From an uncultured cyanobacterium (GTDB lineage Bacteria > Cyanobacteriota > Cyanobacteriia > Cyanobacteriales > Microcystaceae), in NCBI GenBank assembly GCA_963807635.1, contig CAWEDJ010000086.1:1-64000 (forward strand): a stretch of DNA of 64,000 nucleotides. Direction: 5' to 3'. The notes below the pieces were generated by a model. It did no database searches and was not told where the DNA came from. It saw only the letters and a list, made by a program, of their open reading frames with translations. How positions within the stretch are numbered: position 1 is the first letter of the stretch; each line of letters starts with the position of its first letter. Made by a program: the position numbers and the translations under genes. Below are positions 1 through 11,692 of the stretch, piece after piece.

Positions 1-101
1 GGAATTGTTTCAAGTCGGGTCATTGTCATCGCAATTTTTCACAGTCGCCGCAATCCTAAATCTTGGCAGATGCGTAACTAATTGCTGAAAATCTTGCAAG
101 A

Positions 102-1193
102 TTAATTTTGCAAATAACCTTTAACTAAAATATCCGACTCAATCGACTTAATCGTAATATCAGCTAACATCAAAGCCTCAGTCATTCGCTCCAAACCCAA
201 ATCCCCCACAGGCGAAAAACCCTGCCCTCCCCCAATAATCTTAGGCGCGATAAAAGCCATCACCTTTTGCACACACTTATCCTGAATCGCCCTAGCGGAT
301 AAAACCCCGCCACATTCCCAAAGAACCGTTGATAAACCCCTTTCATAGAGGTTTTGCATCACTAAATCGGGTGTTAAATCCTCTAACTCAATCATTTCTA
401 CCCCCTGATCCCGTAACCTTTCTTGTATGACCTTATTACTATCAAACTGAGTAAAAACCACCGTCGGCGCGATCGCGGTTTGCCAGAGATTAGCTGTTAT
501 CGGTAAATCCAAAGAACGACTCATCACCACCCGAAGAGGATTGCGATCGCCTACTCCATGACTTGTGAGATTCGGATTATCCAACCTGACCGTATTGCCC
601 CCCACAATCACCGCATCACAAATCGCACGGGTTTCATGCACCAGATGACGAGACGCAGGGCCAGTCACCCAAGCACTATGACCCGTCTGCGTGGCAATCT
701 TACCGTCCAGGGTCATCGCATATTTCAAAATTCCAAAAGGACGCTGATGGAGAATGCGATGAATAAACGCCTCGTTCAGTTGCCGACAATCCTCCTCTTC
801 CACGCCGACAATCACCTCAATTCCCGCTTGCCGTAGCCGTTCAATCCCCTTACCCGCCACCAACGGATTCGGATCAACCATTCCCACCACCACCTTACTC
901 ACCCCCGCTTCAATCAACGCTTCCGTACAGGGAGGAGTCCGCCCATAATGATTACAGGGTTCGAGACTCACATAGGCGATCGCGTTTTTAGCATTTTCTC
1001 CCGCCTCTCTCAGCGCAAAAACTTCTGCATGGGATTGGCCTGCTTGGGGATGGTAGCCTTCTCCAATGATCTGACCATTTTTAACAATCACAGAACCGAC
1101 TAGGGGATTAGGAGCCGTTTTCCCCAAAGCTTGACGAGCTAACTGTAAACAGCGTTGCATCATTTCACGGTCAAAGGTCGTTATGTTCATCAT
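102..1193 (-). CDS. ribD: Bifunctional riboflavin biosynthesis deaminase/reductase RibD
   Basis: HAE and LEPCNHYGRTPPC zinc-deaminase motifs; KYAMTLDGKIA reductase domain. Confidence 0.96.
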   Translation of the reverse strand: MMNITTFDREMMQRCLQLARQALGKTAPNPLVGSVIVKNGQIIGEGYHPQAGQSHAEVFALREAGENAKNAIAYVSLEPCNHYGRTPPCTEALIEAGVSKVVVGMVDPNPLVAGKGIERLRQAGIEVIVGVEEEDCRQLNEAFIHRILHQRPFGILKYAMTLDGKIATQTGHSAWVTGPASRHLVHETRAICDAVIVGGNTVRLDNPNLTSHGVGDRNPLRVVMSRSLDLPITANLWQTAIAPTVVFTQFDSNKVIQERLRDQGVEMIELEDLTPDLVMQNLYERGLSTVLWECGGVLSARAIQDKCVQKVMAFIAPKIIGGGQGFSPVGDLGLERMTEALMLADITIKSIESDILVKGYLQN

Positions 1194-1252
1194 TTTGAGA
1201 TTTAATAATTAGGATTTAGTATAAAATTCAAAAGTCTTCTTTTTTCTCGGTA

Positions 1253-2893
1253 ATGTCCAAGCCCACTGCCCCTGTTTTTCCATTTTTCCCTAAGCCGTTC
1301 CAAGATTTTGTTTCTCGGATTTCTAAAATGCCTTTTCAAAGACGATTTACTCAAGCAATATTTAAGAAAAATGCCCTGGGATGGTGGTTTTGTATCCCTC
1401 TCACGGCGATCCTCGTTTTGATCAGTCATGGGGTAGTGCCTGCTGAGGTTGCCAACAGGGTAGGCGAAACGGTTCCTGTCACAATGAGCAAGTTACAGGG
1501 TTCAATTAATACCCTCTGGATGATCCTCGCCACGCTGTTGGTTGCGATCGCCTATGGGGGTTTTGCCTTTTTGAATGCAGGTTTTAGCCGTTACAAAAAT
1601 GTCGTCAATGCCTTAGCGATTAATTTATTGACCTTTATCATTACCACCTTCGTTTTTTGGAGTTTTGGTTTTGCCCTCTTATTTGGAACCCAGGGAAATG
1701 ATATTGTCGGCTCAGGAGCTTGGTTTCTCGGTGCTAAAACGCCAGAAATCTATGGCTTAAAACCCTTTCCCGATGGTTTACCCCTCTCGATTTTCTTTCT
1801 GTTTGAAACGGCCTTAGCGGGAATCACCGCCATGATCGTGGCAGGCGCGATCGCGGAACGGGTTAAATTTCGAGACTTTTTTATTTTTACAGTTTTTCTG
1901 ATTGGAATTGCCTATTCCCTAGTCGGACATTGGGTTTGGGGCGGCGGTTGGCTGAGTAAAATGGGTTTTCACGATTTTGCAGGATCAACGGTGATTCATT
2001 CCGTCGGAGGCTGGGCCGCCTTTTCAGGATTGGCAATTCTAGGGCCGCGCATGGGCAAATACGAAACAAAAAAGACCAATAAATTACCCTGGCCACAGTA
2101 TGAGTTGGGCGTTCCTGGGTTGCCTAATGATTTGGTTAGGTTGGTTCGGCGTGACGGGGGGTTCGGTTTTCGCGCTCAATTCAGAAGTTCCCTCCATTCT
2201 CCTGGTTGTCAATTTAGCGGCAATTGCGGGGGGATTCGTTGCCATGCTCACAAGCTGGTTACAAACTAAAAAATCTGATTTATCTCTCATTATCCGAGGA
2301 GTGTTAGCCGCTTTAGTTGCGATTTCTGGCTGTTGTAACGCAGTTTCTACTGTTTCGGCTCTTTGGATCGGTGTGATCGCGGGATTTTTAGCAGTCATGT
2401 TTATTGGCTGGTTTGATCGAGTGCGGCTGGATGATCCTGTGGGAGTTCTGTCGGTTCACTTAATCGGCGGTTTGTGGGGAACGATCGCGACGGGAATTTT
2501 TGATAATAAATCGGGACTCATTACAGGAGAATTTTTATTACTACTTAATCAATTAATTGGCATAGCAGCCGTCGGCGTTTTTATGATTATTTTTAGTTTT
2601 GTCATTTGGACGCTGATCAAAGGAATTTTTGGTTTACGAGTGGGACTTGAAGGCGAACTTCATGGTTTAGATATCAGCGAACACGGAATAGCGGCTTATA
2701 ACGGTTTTGTGATGGAATCCGCAGGAGGATTAACCCATATCTACGCCGATGATTCAGAGATCTTCCCGTTTCTTCAGAACCCCAATTATCTGAGAAAAAA
2801 TCAAAATCTGCTAATGAGATTCAAGAAACTGATTTTACCGAAGGGGAAACCATCAAGGCAACCTTAGAAAATCAAAATGAAGAAATTAGTTAG
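1253..2893 (+). CDS. amt: Ammonium transporter (Amt family), split by frameshift(s) near 2090 and probably near 2760
   Basis: ORFs 1253..2269 and 2100..2867 carry GAIAER, HWVWGGGWL, HDFAGSTVIH, LGPR, DDPVGVLSVH and GLDISEHG. An alternative frame gives an acidic tail ending at TAG 2891-2893. Confidence 0.88.
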
Positions 2894-2994
2894 CCTAAAA
2901 CGCTTTTTAAACGGAATGCGATCATCTTCACTGTCTTAACGGTTAAGCTATCACGAATTTAGATTGCATAATGATTTTGCTAAAAGCTTTTTAA

Positions 2995-3014
2995 CAAGGG
3001 GCTTAAGCCCCTTG
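2995..3014. repeat. Perfect 20-bp palindrome CAAGGGGCTTAAGCCCCTTG (REP-like element or bidirectional terminator)
   Basis: Exact inverted repeat between the convergent amt and mnmE genes. Confidence 0.7.
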
Positions 3015-3048
3015 CCTGTATGCGTTTTAGATGATTGACAACTTAGGT

Positions 3049-4419
3049 CTATTTTCCGATACAAAAACGACTAAAAATCCGTTCTAAAACCGACTCAGTA
3101 ACGTCCTCTCCTGTAATTTCTCCCAAGGATTGAATGGCAATGCGTAGATCAATTGTCCAAAAATCTAGGGGTAATTGATTTTTAATGGTTTGCTGAACTT
3201 GCTCTAGGGATAATTTTGCCTGGGTCAGTACTGCCGCTTGACGTTGATTAATGGCAAAATCTAAATTGGCCGCCGTTAAATTTTTAACATTAATCGTCTC
3301 TAAAATAACTTTTTCTAAATCATCAATTCCTTCATTTTGTGCTGCGATTGTTTGAACAACATGCTGAATTTCTGAGGGATAATTAACCTTGTCAGGGGTT
3401 GCCAGATCGGTTTTATTAATAATTAAAATTAAGGGACGATGTTTAACCTGCTGATAAATTTCATTGTCTTCCGTTGTCCAGCCACTCAAGGCATCAATGG
3501 TGAGCAAAATTAGATCCGCTTGTTGGGCGGCTTGACGCGATCGCTGAACACCTATTTTTTCCACCGTATCAAGGGTTTCTCGAATGCCTGCGGTATCTAG
3601 GACTTGGACGGGAATTCCACCGACGATTAATTGGGATTCGACCACATCACGGGTGGTTCCAGGTAAATCGGTGACAATGGCGCGATCGCAACGACTCCAG
3701 GCATTGAGCAAACTGGATTTCCCCACATTAGGACGACCAACAATCGCCACTTTGAGGCCCGTTCTGAGGAGTTCCCCTCGGTCTGCGGTGGCAAGAATTT
3801 GAGTCACTTGTTGTAATATGCTTTCTAATTGAGTTTTAATTAGATTTTGGTCTAGGGGGGGTAAATCATCCTCAAAATCAATTCTGGCTTCTACTTCTGC
3901 CAAAATATCTAAACAAGTCGATCGCAACTGTCGAATGGGTTCCGCAAGCTTTCCCTGCAATCCCGCTAGGGCAATTTGGGACGCTTGGGGAGATTGCGCC
4001 CCGACGAGTTCACTAATACTTTCTGCCTGGGTGAGATCCAAACGACCATTGAGAAAGGCCCGTAGGGTAAATTCACCTGGTTGGGTGAGCCTGGCTCCCT
4101 GTTCTAGGCATAATTGCAAAACCTGTTGGACGGGAATAATGCCGCCATGACAATGAAATTCCACCACGTCTTCTTTGGTGTAGGAACGGGGCGATCGCAT
4201 GGGCAACAATAGGGCTTCGTCAATAATGGCGTGGGTTTGGGGATGGTGAATATAGCCGTAGAGAATGCGATGACTTTCCCATTGCTGTTTCCCAGAAGCT
4301 TTAAAAAGTGTTTGGGCAATAGCGATCGCCTGATTTCCCGATAAGCGCACGATGCCGATACTGCCCTGTTGGGGAACAATGGCCGTTGCGATCGCTGCGA
4401 TCGTCTCTCCTTGGAGCAT
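3049..4419 (-). CDS. mnmE: tRNA modification GTPase MnmE/TrmE
   Basis: ETIAAIAT start, [23 protein letters not shown] and C-terminal FSRFCIGK. Confidence 0.97.
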   Translation of the reverse strand: MLQGETIAAIATAIVPQQGSIGIVRLSGNQAIAIAQTLFKASGKQQWESHRILYGYIHHPQTHAIIDEALLLPMRSPRSYTKEDVVEFHCHGGIIPVQQVLQLCLEQGARLTQPGEFTLRAFLNGRLDLTQAESISELVGAQSPQASQIALAGLQGKLAEPIRQLRSTCLDILAEVEARIDFEDDLPPLDQNLIKTQLESILQQVTQILATADRGELLRTGLKVAIVGRPNVGKSSLLNAWSRCDRAIVTDLPGTTRDVVESQLIVGGIPVQVLDTAGIRETLDTVEKIGVQRSRQAAQQADLILLTIDALSGWTTEDNEIYQQVKHRPLILIINKTDLATPDKVNYPSEIQHVVQTIAAQNEGIDDLEKVILETINVKNLTAANLDFAINQRQAAVLTQAKLSLEQVQQTIKNQLPLDFWTIDLRIAIQSLGEITGEDVTESVLERIFSRFCIGK

Positions 4420-4728
4420 TTTGATAATGGATAAAATAGGTTTAGCGCAGAGATTTTACTATTTTAGCCTGAATCATTCAAAACCAACCCGTTGCCACAT
4501 CAGGGTAACTCGTCAATAGTTTTGATAGAATGAGGGCAACATTGTAAGTTTTTAAATAGTTGCAATGAAACAACAAAGGACTGCATCCGTTATAGTATTT
4601 AAGTCACTTCCTGCTAGGAAGAAGATTTACATTTTCTTTTCAGATTAAAAGCTTGCTATTTTTGAGGAATTCTTTGAGATTTTCCTTCATAATAAATAGT
4701 TAGACCGCGATTGAGGTATATAGGACAA

Positions 4729-5774
4729 ATGACTAATCCCGTTAATGATTCCTCTGTTTCTGGAGTCAACTCTCCCGCCAAAACGATCCCTTGGTGGAAT
4801 CGTCCTGTCACTGGAGACGGCGGACTATTAGGAGAGTTGTTAACCAAAATAGAAAAAGAAGACGTTCCTGAAGCCACCCTTGCTCTTCGTAACCTGCAAT
4901 TGATGGATATTCGCGTTTTTGCTAAAACCGCAGAGGCGATCGACAGTCCCAAATTTATGGATGAGGATTTTTTGACCTTTGCTAAGATCAAATATATGCT
5001 CAGTAAGGGGATTGGAGATTATGCAGAGTTAGATGAGAGTGTCCGCCTATTGCAACTTGCCATTCAAGCCAAGGATTCTTTTATTGCGATTTCAACCAAA
5101 CTGAACTCCGCTATCGGGGCTATAAGCAGCAGGAATTCTATAGTTTTGTCGATAACTTATTAAAAAACCAGGAAAATACCGAGAGTTTTCGAGAAAAAGT
5201 TAATGCTAAGGCAAAAGAAATACTCATTCAAGTTAAAACGGAAGAAGGACAAAATGCCATTAAAGCCTATGCTAGACACATGGAAAAAATCTCAAAACAC
5301 GTCTTGGGGTTAAAGCTTTTATTACTATTCAAAACATCTAATTTATCGGATTACTCAATTTTACGAGCGGTGGCAGACGTAATTCTTGGGATCGAGATGA
5401 AGCACATTTACGACATTAAAAAATTAGTGGAGGTAGTTAATGATAATCATGATGCCTTTGAACAATTGACGCATATTATCCAATTGCCTGACAATCGCAA
5501 AGATGTTGAAGTTTACGCCCTCATGATTCAAGTTATTTCTCTCTCCCATCAGTATGAAACAGTCTATGTCAAGTTTGAACAGTTAATGAAAGTTCTTCAG
5601 AAATGGTATCGAAATTATCAAGTCATTCTCCAGATTTATCAAGAGTATCCTGCTAACCAGTACAAGCTTCCTCAAGAATTTAACGAATCCATACCAGGCG
5701 AAGCATTGTATCTTAAATATTGTAAATGTTTGACTGACAAAAAAACAGGTATGGTTTACATGGATTTATCCTGA
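4729..5774 (+). CDS. Cyanobacterial hypothetical protein, split by a frameshift near 5095
   Basis: ORFs 4711..5163 and 5280..5774 join through an open helical segment; N-terminal PWWNRP motif. Confidence 0.55.
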
Positions 5775-5956
5775 GACCATCATTAGTAACAATAGTAATC
5801 ATTGACAAAAAGCGATGGAATGATCCATGGATGTGATGAGGTTGTGAATTTCCGTAAATTCTAGGTAGCCTTTTTTGACTGATAAGTAGGATAATCCTAA
5901 TTGATAGGAACGTTATTCTCAGGTAATCAGTTTATTTAATTAGGTTAGGCTTTATC

Positions 5957-7063
5957 ATGACAAAAATACTGGGACATAATTTGTGGGTTTCTGCCACTTT
6001 TGCGATCGCGGGAACATTGGTTCTGGGAGTTAATAAATCCGAGGCTGTTACCTTCAACTTTAACCCACAAGTAGGAACCTCCCAGGCGGCGATCAATGGT
6101 TTTACTCAGGCAGGAAATTTATGGTCAAATATACTGACGGATAACGCAATCATTAATATTAATATTGGGTTTAACTCTCTCGGTGGAAATGCGATCGCCA
6201 ATATTCAGTATACAAAAGAGACAATTTCTTATACTGACTTTAGTAATGCCCTGACTGCCGATGCAACGTCCAGCGATGATGCTACGGCAATTGCGAATCT
6301 TCCTACGGGTTCATCCTTTGCTCTATGGATTAACCTTACGGGGGATAATCCCAATGGGGCGGCTAGCCTTACGCCCTATCTAGATAATGATGGTAGTGAA
6401 AATAACAACACTATCCGACTCACCACAGCCAATATTAAAGCTCTAGGACTTTCGACCAGCCAAACCTCCGATGCTTCAATTTCTTTTAATAGTAATGTTT
6501 CCTTTGACTTTGATCGAAGCGATGGCATTAGTGCAGGTTCCTATGATTTTGTCGGCATGGCCGCCCATGAAATTGGTCATGCTTTAGGTTTTATCAGTGG
6601 TGTTAATATTCTTGACTATAACCCTAACCATTCAAGCAATACTTTAACCTACGTTAACTCTTTAGATCTCTTTCGTTTTTCTGCCGAAAGTTATAACCAA
6701 GGAAAAAATACGCTCGATTGGACTGCCGACACACGAGACAAATATTTTTCTCTAGATGGAGGCACAACGGTCATTATCGCAGATGCTTTTTCTACAGGAG
6801 CCAACTATGGAGATGGTTATGACCCCGGTCACTGGAAAAATAATTCTGGCTTTGGACTAATGAATCCTACCGCAGGAACGGGCGAACTCCTGAGTATTTC
6901 AAGTCTGGATATTCAGGCAATTGATGTGATTGGGTGGAATGTTGGTGTTGCGGTTCCCGAACCGTTGACCATACTGGGCGCGATGACTGCCTTCGGTTTT
7001 GGGGCGGCATTTAAACGCAGATTAGCCAAGGTTCAGACTTCTGAGGAAGAGACTAATTCGTGA
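5957..7063 (+). CDS. Secreted zinc metalloprotease (NF038122-like) with PEP-CTERM sorting signal
   Basis: Signal peptide; HEIGHALGFISG (HExxH); C-terminal VPEPLTILGA + TM + FKRR. Confidence 0.85.
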   Translation: MTKILGHNLWVSATFAIAGTLVLGVNKSEAVTFNFNPQVGTSQAAINGFTQAGNLWSNILTDNAIININIGFNSLGGNAIANIQYTKETISYTDFSNALTADATSSDDATAIANLPTGSSFALWINLTGDNPNGAASLTPYLDNDGSENNNTIRLTTANIKALGLSTSQTSDASISFNSNVSFDFDRSDGISAGSYDFVGMAAHEIGHALGFISGVNILDYNPNHSSNTLTYVNSLDLFRFSAESYNQGKNTLDWTADTRDKYFSLDGGTTVIIADAFSTGANYGDGYDPGHWKNNSGFGLMNPTAGTGELLSISSLDIQAIDVIGWNVGVAVPEPLTILGAMTAFGFGAAFKRRLAKVQTSEEETNS

Positions 7064-7228
7064 TTGGTTCAGAAATTCTTAATTGCCCTGCGATCGCCCT
7101 CAGTATTTCTCAGTATTCGCATTTGAATTGAGTTCCGCTCCAGCATAGTTACCAATCACTCGCAGAAGATCAATCAAAGGTTTACAGTAATAAAGAACCA
7201 AAAGAGTTCCCATTAAATCAAATATTTT

Positions 7229-8443
7229 ATGACCGAGTTTGATCTCGCAATGTCTCTATCCCAATCTCCTGAATTTCGTCAAAAATTTCCTGGTGTCAAT
7301 AACAAAGTTTATTTCAACTATGGAGGACAAGGAATTCTCCCCCGTTCATCTTTGGACGCAATTTTAAGTACCTATCAATTTTTAGAAGAGCATGGCCCTT
7401 TTTCTATCCAAGCAAATGCCTGGATTCAGGAAAAAACTGCCTTATTGCGTCAGGATTTAGCAAAGGAATTGGGAACAATAACCGAAACCTTAACCATTAC
7501 GGATAATGTTACGGCGGGTTGCAATATCGTCCTCTGGGGATTGGATTGGCAAACGGGAGATCACCTATTGATAACGGATTGTGAACATCCAGGCGTGATT
7601 GCAATCATCGAAGCCTTGGTCGATCGCTTTGGCATCACCTATTCCACCTGTCCCATCGCCGCAACCTTAAACGAGAGCGATCCGACCCAGGTTATCAGGG
7701 AGCATTTAACCCCAAAAACCCGTTTAGTGTTGGTCAGTCATCTGCTTTGGAATACGGGTCAGGTGTTGCCCTTAAAGGAAATAATAGAAGTTTGTCGCAA
7801 ATATTCAGGGGAATATCCTATTCAAGTGTTGGTTGATGCGGCCCAATCTGCGGGGTCTTTGGCTCTAAATTTAAGCGAATTAGACGTAGATTACTACGCT
7901 TTTACGGGGCATAAATGGTTTTGTGGGCCATCGGGAGTCGGGGGTTTATACGTGAATCCCTTGCGATCGCCAGAGTTGCGACCGACCTATGTGGGATGGC
8001 GGGGCATTACCTACGGTAAACAGGGAGAAATGACGGGTTGGAAAACCGATGGTAGTCGTTTTGAAATTGCCACTTCAGCCTATCCCCAGTTTGAGGGACT
8101 ACGAGCCGCGATCGCGGTTCACCAATCGGTAGGAAACGCCCAGGAGCGTTACCAAAAAATCCGCCAAAATAGCGTCCATCTATGGGAAGGTTTAAATCAA
8201 ATCCCCCAAATCAATTGTTTGAAAAAGACTCCCCCAGAAGCGGGGTTAGTTTCCTTTGAGATAAAGAGCGACTTTTCCCATAATATTTGGGTTCAAAGTT
8301 TAGAAAATGAAGGTTTTTTCCTACGAACCATTGCCTCACCGAATTGCATTCGAGCTTGCTGTCATTATTTCACCTCGCCAAAAGAAATTGAGGGGCTACT
8401 CAAAAAAATAGTAGAAAAATTAAAAAAAGGTACTATACACTAG
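7229..8443 (+). CDS. Class V PLP aminotransferase, L-cysteine/cystine lyase (C-DES-like)
   Basis: YFNYGGQG, VSHLLWNTG, DAAQS and AFTGHKW (PLP lysine). Confidence 0.88.
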   Translation: MTEFDLAMSLSQSPEFRQKFPGVNNKVYFNYGGQGILPRSSLDAILSTYQFLEEHGPFSIQANAWIQEKTALLRQDLAKELGTITETLTITDNVTAGCNIVLWGLDWQTGDHLLITDCEHPGVIAIIEALVDRFGITYSTCPIAATLNESDPTQVIREHLTPKTRLVLVSHLLWNTGQVLPLKEIIEVCRKYSGEYPIQVLVDAAQSAGSLALNLSELDVDYYAFTGHKWFCGPSGVGGLYVNPLRSPELRPTYVGWRGITYGKQGEMTGWKTDGSRFEIATSAYPQFEGLRAAIAVHQSVGNAQERYQKIRQNSVHLWEGLNQIPQINCLKKTPPEAGLVSFEIKSDFSHNIWVQSLENEGFFLRTIASPNCIRACCHYFTSPKEIEGLLKKIVEKLKKGTIH

Positions 8444-8479
8444 TGGAATAGAAAACACAATTTAAAAAGAAATCAGTTT

Positions 8480-9304
8480 ATGAAATGGTATTTATCAGCA
8501 TTTATCAGTAGTACCGTCAGCGCAATCGCCTTTGGGGTCGGATATCTGGGAATATCGCCCTCGGTTTCGGCCCAGACGATAATGGTAGCCCAACAGGCTG
8601 CTCCCAAAACGGCTGTCCAGTGGTACAACCAGGGTGTAGATCAATTGGCGGAGGCAGATTACAACGGAGCGATTAAAAGTTTCTCCGAATCCATTCAGTT
8701 AAATCCCCAAGATCCTGATACCTACTACAATCGGGGTTACGCTGAACATATTTTGGGAAATTATGATGCAGCCATTGAGGACTACAATCAGGCTATTGCT
8801 CTAAAACCCAAATTTGCCTACGCTTTCGGGAATCGTTGTTATGCGTTTTATATTCTCAAGGATTACCAAAAAGCGATCGCCGATTGTTCAACGGCAATTA
8901 AACTAGATCAAAACTACGCCGATTTTTATATTTATCGTGGTAATGCCCAGGATGATTTAGGGAATTCCAAAACCGCGATCGCTGACTATAATAATGCGAT
9001 TCGTCTCAGTCCTAAAAACGCTAATGCCTATTACAATAGGGGATTGACCTACAATCGTTTAAACGAACTCAACAAAGCCCTGGCGGATTATTCCAAAAGT
9101 ATCGAATTTGATTCTAAGATGGCCGACGCATTTTTTAATCGGGGTTTAACCTATTACAAATTAAACAATACAACGAAGGCGATCGCCGATCTCCAGATTG
9201 CCGCCCAACTCTTTAAAACCCAAGAGAAACTCCAATATTCTCAAAAAGCTCTCAATTTGATCAAAGAAATCAAAACCGCCCAAAAAAGTTTGCCAAATAA
9301 ATAA
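8480..9304 (+). CDS. Exported tetratricopeptide repeat protein
   Basis: Repeated AYYNRG...AIADY TPR units after a signal-like N-terminus. Confidence 0.9.
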   Translation: MKWYLSAFISSTVSAIAFGVGYLGISPSVSAQTIMVAQQAAPKTAVQWYNQGVDQLAEADYNGAIKSFSESIQLNPQDPDTYYNRGYAEHILGNYDAAIEDYNQAIALKPKFAYAFGNRCYAFYILKDYQKAIADCSTAIKLDQNYADFYIYRGNAQDDLGNSKTAIADYNNAIRLSPKNANAYYNRGLTYNRLNELNKALADYSKSIEFDSKMADAFFNRGLTYYKLNNTTKAIADLQIAAQLFKTQEKLQYSQKALNLIKEIKTAQKSLPNK

Positions 9305-9436
9305 AACTCGAATTAAGGTTTATTTGATAGGGGTTTAGTTTCCAAATTCATAAAGTATAGAATTTAGAAATTATCCCCTATATTCAATCAGAATAATGAT
9401 GAGCATCATTAAAAAAATTTAGAAACATCGCAGTCA

Positions 9437-9952
9437 CTAAAATTGTAAATAATGCATTAATTCAGCAGTGATTTCATTTCCTAGATTAAGGCGACGTTTA
9501 AAATCGACTAAGTTTTGAAAGTTGCCTTTTTCTTGGCGATCGCCTAAAATTTTTTCTGCTAGGGAAATATCAAGCATAGGAATATTTCGTAATTCCTCTA
9601 ATTGGGCCGTATTAATATTAAAACGTTGGGGCGTTAATAAACTTTCGGGATCATAATAGGCAAACGATAAAATTTTTTCTAGGGGTTTAAGACGTTGAAT
9701 CGGAACACCGAGAGCCGCCGCTAAATCTTGAACCGATAAAAACTGTATTCCCATTCCCATTAATTCCACTAAATTACGGGCTTGATGAATAGAAATTCCT
9801 GGTAACCGTAGCCATTCATCCACCGTTGCCTGATTCACTTCGATTTTAATGCCTAACTCAGACGCGATCGCAACTTCTTCGAGGGATTGAAAACGGTAGA
9901 AGGGATCATTAGCAATCTTGCGTTTAAGGGATTGTCTCTTAAAATTAAGCAT
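9437..9952 (-). CDS. ComEA-family helix-hairpin-helix DNA-binding protein
   Basis: VNQATVDEWLRLPGI and INTAQLEELRNIP HhH motifs; probable start MLNFKR at 9952. Confidence 0.85.
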   Translation of the reverse strand: MLNFKRQSLKRKIANDPFYRFQSLEEVAIASELGIKIEVNQATVDEWLRLPGISIHQARNLVELMGMGIQFLSVQDLAAALGVPIQRLKPLEKILSFAYYDPESLLTPQRFNINTAQLEELRNIPMLDISLAEKILGDRQEKGNFQNLVDFKRRLNLGNEITAELMHYLQF

Positions 9953-10739
9953 TAATTTCGTCTCCCTTGGTTTCACCTTTAGATACAAAATCTACTAGTT
10001 TTAGCCAATCAATTTGATTATCTTTCATAAACTTTTCCATAAAATCTTGAGTCATTTCATTAATTTTGCCAGCATAAGCTTTTTTGAAAATTTCATCTTT
10101 CTGACGACCTTTTTGGGAAATAGGAATAATAATCTTGCGATAGAGTTCTTTATCCTGAGAAATGAAATACCAAAAGGCTTGACCTGCATATTTATAGTAA
10201 TCTTTATCAGAATCGGGGTTACCCGTTTTTTTATCTGTATATTTTTTTAAAGGAGAGCGATCTTTGCAATAAATACAACCATTGACCGCTATAATTTCTT
10301 CTGTTATACCCTCTTCCTTTAAAGATTTTTTAGCTATTTTGAAGTTATTACACATTTGTGCAGTTTGATCACTATTTCCCCAATTTATGCCTGATTTTAT
10401 ACCAACCAGATAATAAATATTATTTCGCCTAAATTCTAAATCGACACTTTTCAAACGTGATTTAAAGCCTCCATCAATCTCACTGGAAGCATAAATGGCA
10501 AAGCTTTCTAGAAAATTACCAAATAGAGTTTCTTCCTGAGAGGAAAGAAAAGCATCAACAATACTTTTGACTAAATCTCCTGCTACTTCAATATTTTTTG
10601 CACGAAACAGATAGGGATTTTTGCGTTTTAAAATATCGGTTAACTTAAGAGACTGTAACTTGTCTAGACGAATTTTGTAAAAGGGTTCGATAACTTGATC
10701 AGAAAGAAATTGGTAATACTTAGGATGAAGTTCAGTCAT
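9945..10739 (-). CDS. Type II restriction endonuclease (PmeII/EcoO109I-like family)
   Basis: ILKRKNPYLFRAK, SSQEETLFGNFLE and VDLEF...GIKSGINWGNSDQ (PD-(D/E)xK variant); overlaps the methyltransferase stop. Confidence 0.8.
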   Translation of the reverse strand: MTELHPKYYQFLSDQVIEPFYKIRLDKLQSLKLTDILKRKNPYLFRAKNIEVAGDLVKSIVDAFLSSQEETLFGNFLESFAIYASSEIDGGFKSRLKSVDLEFRRNNIYYLVGIKSGINWGNSDQTAQMCNNFKIAKKSLKEEGITEEIIAVNGCIYCKDRSPLKKYTDKKTGNPDSDKDYYKYAGQAFWYFISQDKELYRKIIIPISQKGRQKDEIFKKAYAGKINEMTQDFMEKFMKDNQIDWLKLVDFVSKGETKGDEINA

Positions 10740-11680
10740 AATAAGCTAGTTTGAATAGGCATTGTTTTAAGTTCATTTAAGTTAGCCAAAGCAATTTGAT
10801 AATACTCTTCCTTTAGCTCAATACCCAGATAATTTCTTTGTAGTTCATAGGCTACAATACAAGTAGTTCCTGAACCAACAAAAGGATCTAAAACTAAATC
10901 TCCTGGCTCGGAAAAAAGTTTAATAAACCAAGCAGGTAAGGATTTGGGGAAAGCCGCACTATGATTTTTATTACCACACTCCGTCGCTAAATGTAACACA
11001 TTACTGGGATAAGCCAGATCCCGTCCTACCCAATTAGCAATATTTTTACCAAATCCACTTCCTACTTGAGAATTAAAACGAATTTTATCATTTTCTCCTA
11101 ACTTATTTAAGCGCGTTTTTGCCCATTCTCCTGTAGGAACCATCACAGCTTCCTGATTCATTTTAAATTTTTTCTGTTTATTAAATTGCAAACAGCGTTC
11201 CCAGGCATCTCGAAAGCGATTGGGCCATTTCCCTGGGCTACAATTTTTTTTGTGCCAAATATATTCCTCTGTCCAGAACCAACCTTGTTTTTTTAGAGCT
11301 AGGATTAATTCTAAAACGTAGGTATGGCGTTCCCCATTTAGAGCTTTTTCTTTAATGTTTAAAATAAAACTACCATCATTTTTTAATACTCTAAATAGTT
11401 GTTCTGAAATAGGTAAAAACCATTCAACATAATGATCGGGATGAATGCCACCATAGGTGCTTTTACGACTATCAGCATAGGGAGGAGATGTCACAATTAA
11501 GTTTACAGATTGTTCAGCATAGGAGGATAATATCTCTAAGCAATTTCCTAAAACAATTTGATTAATATTGCTATCTAAATTAGACGAGAGAGAACTGAGT
11601 TCATGCGGATTTTGTACAATTGTCATTATTAAGCTGTTAGTATTTAAACTAACTTGCGAATTGCTTTCTGTTGTGGACAA
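10736..11680 (-). CDS. Site-specific DNA amino-methyltransferase, beta class (N4-C or N6-A)
   Basis: Catalytic TSPPY precedes the SAM-binding DPFVGSGTT motif; HSAAFP. Confidence 0.92.
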   Translation of the reverse strand: MSTTESNSQVSLNTNSLIMTIVQNPHELSSLSSNLDSNINQIVLGNCLEILSSYAEQSVNLIVTSPPYADSRKSTYGGIHPDHYVEWFLPISEQLFRVLKNDGSFILNIKEKALNGERHTYVLELILALKKQGWFWTEEYIWHKKNCSPGKWPNRFRDAWERCLQFNKQKKFKMNQEAVMVPTGEWAKTRLNKLGENDKIRFNSQVGSGFGKNIANWVGRDLAYPSNVLHLATECGNKNHSAAFPKSLPAWFIKLFSEPGDLVLDPFVGSGTTCIVAYELQRNYLGIELKEEYYQIALANLNELKTMPIQTSLL

Positions 11681-11692
11681 GATTAAAATTTA

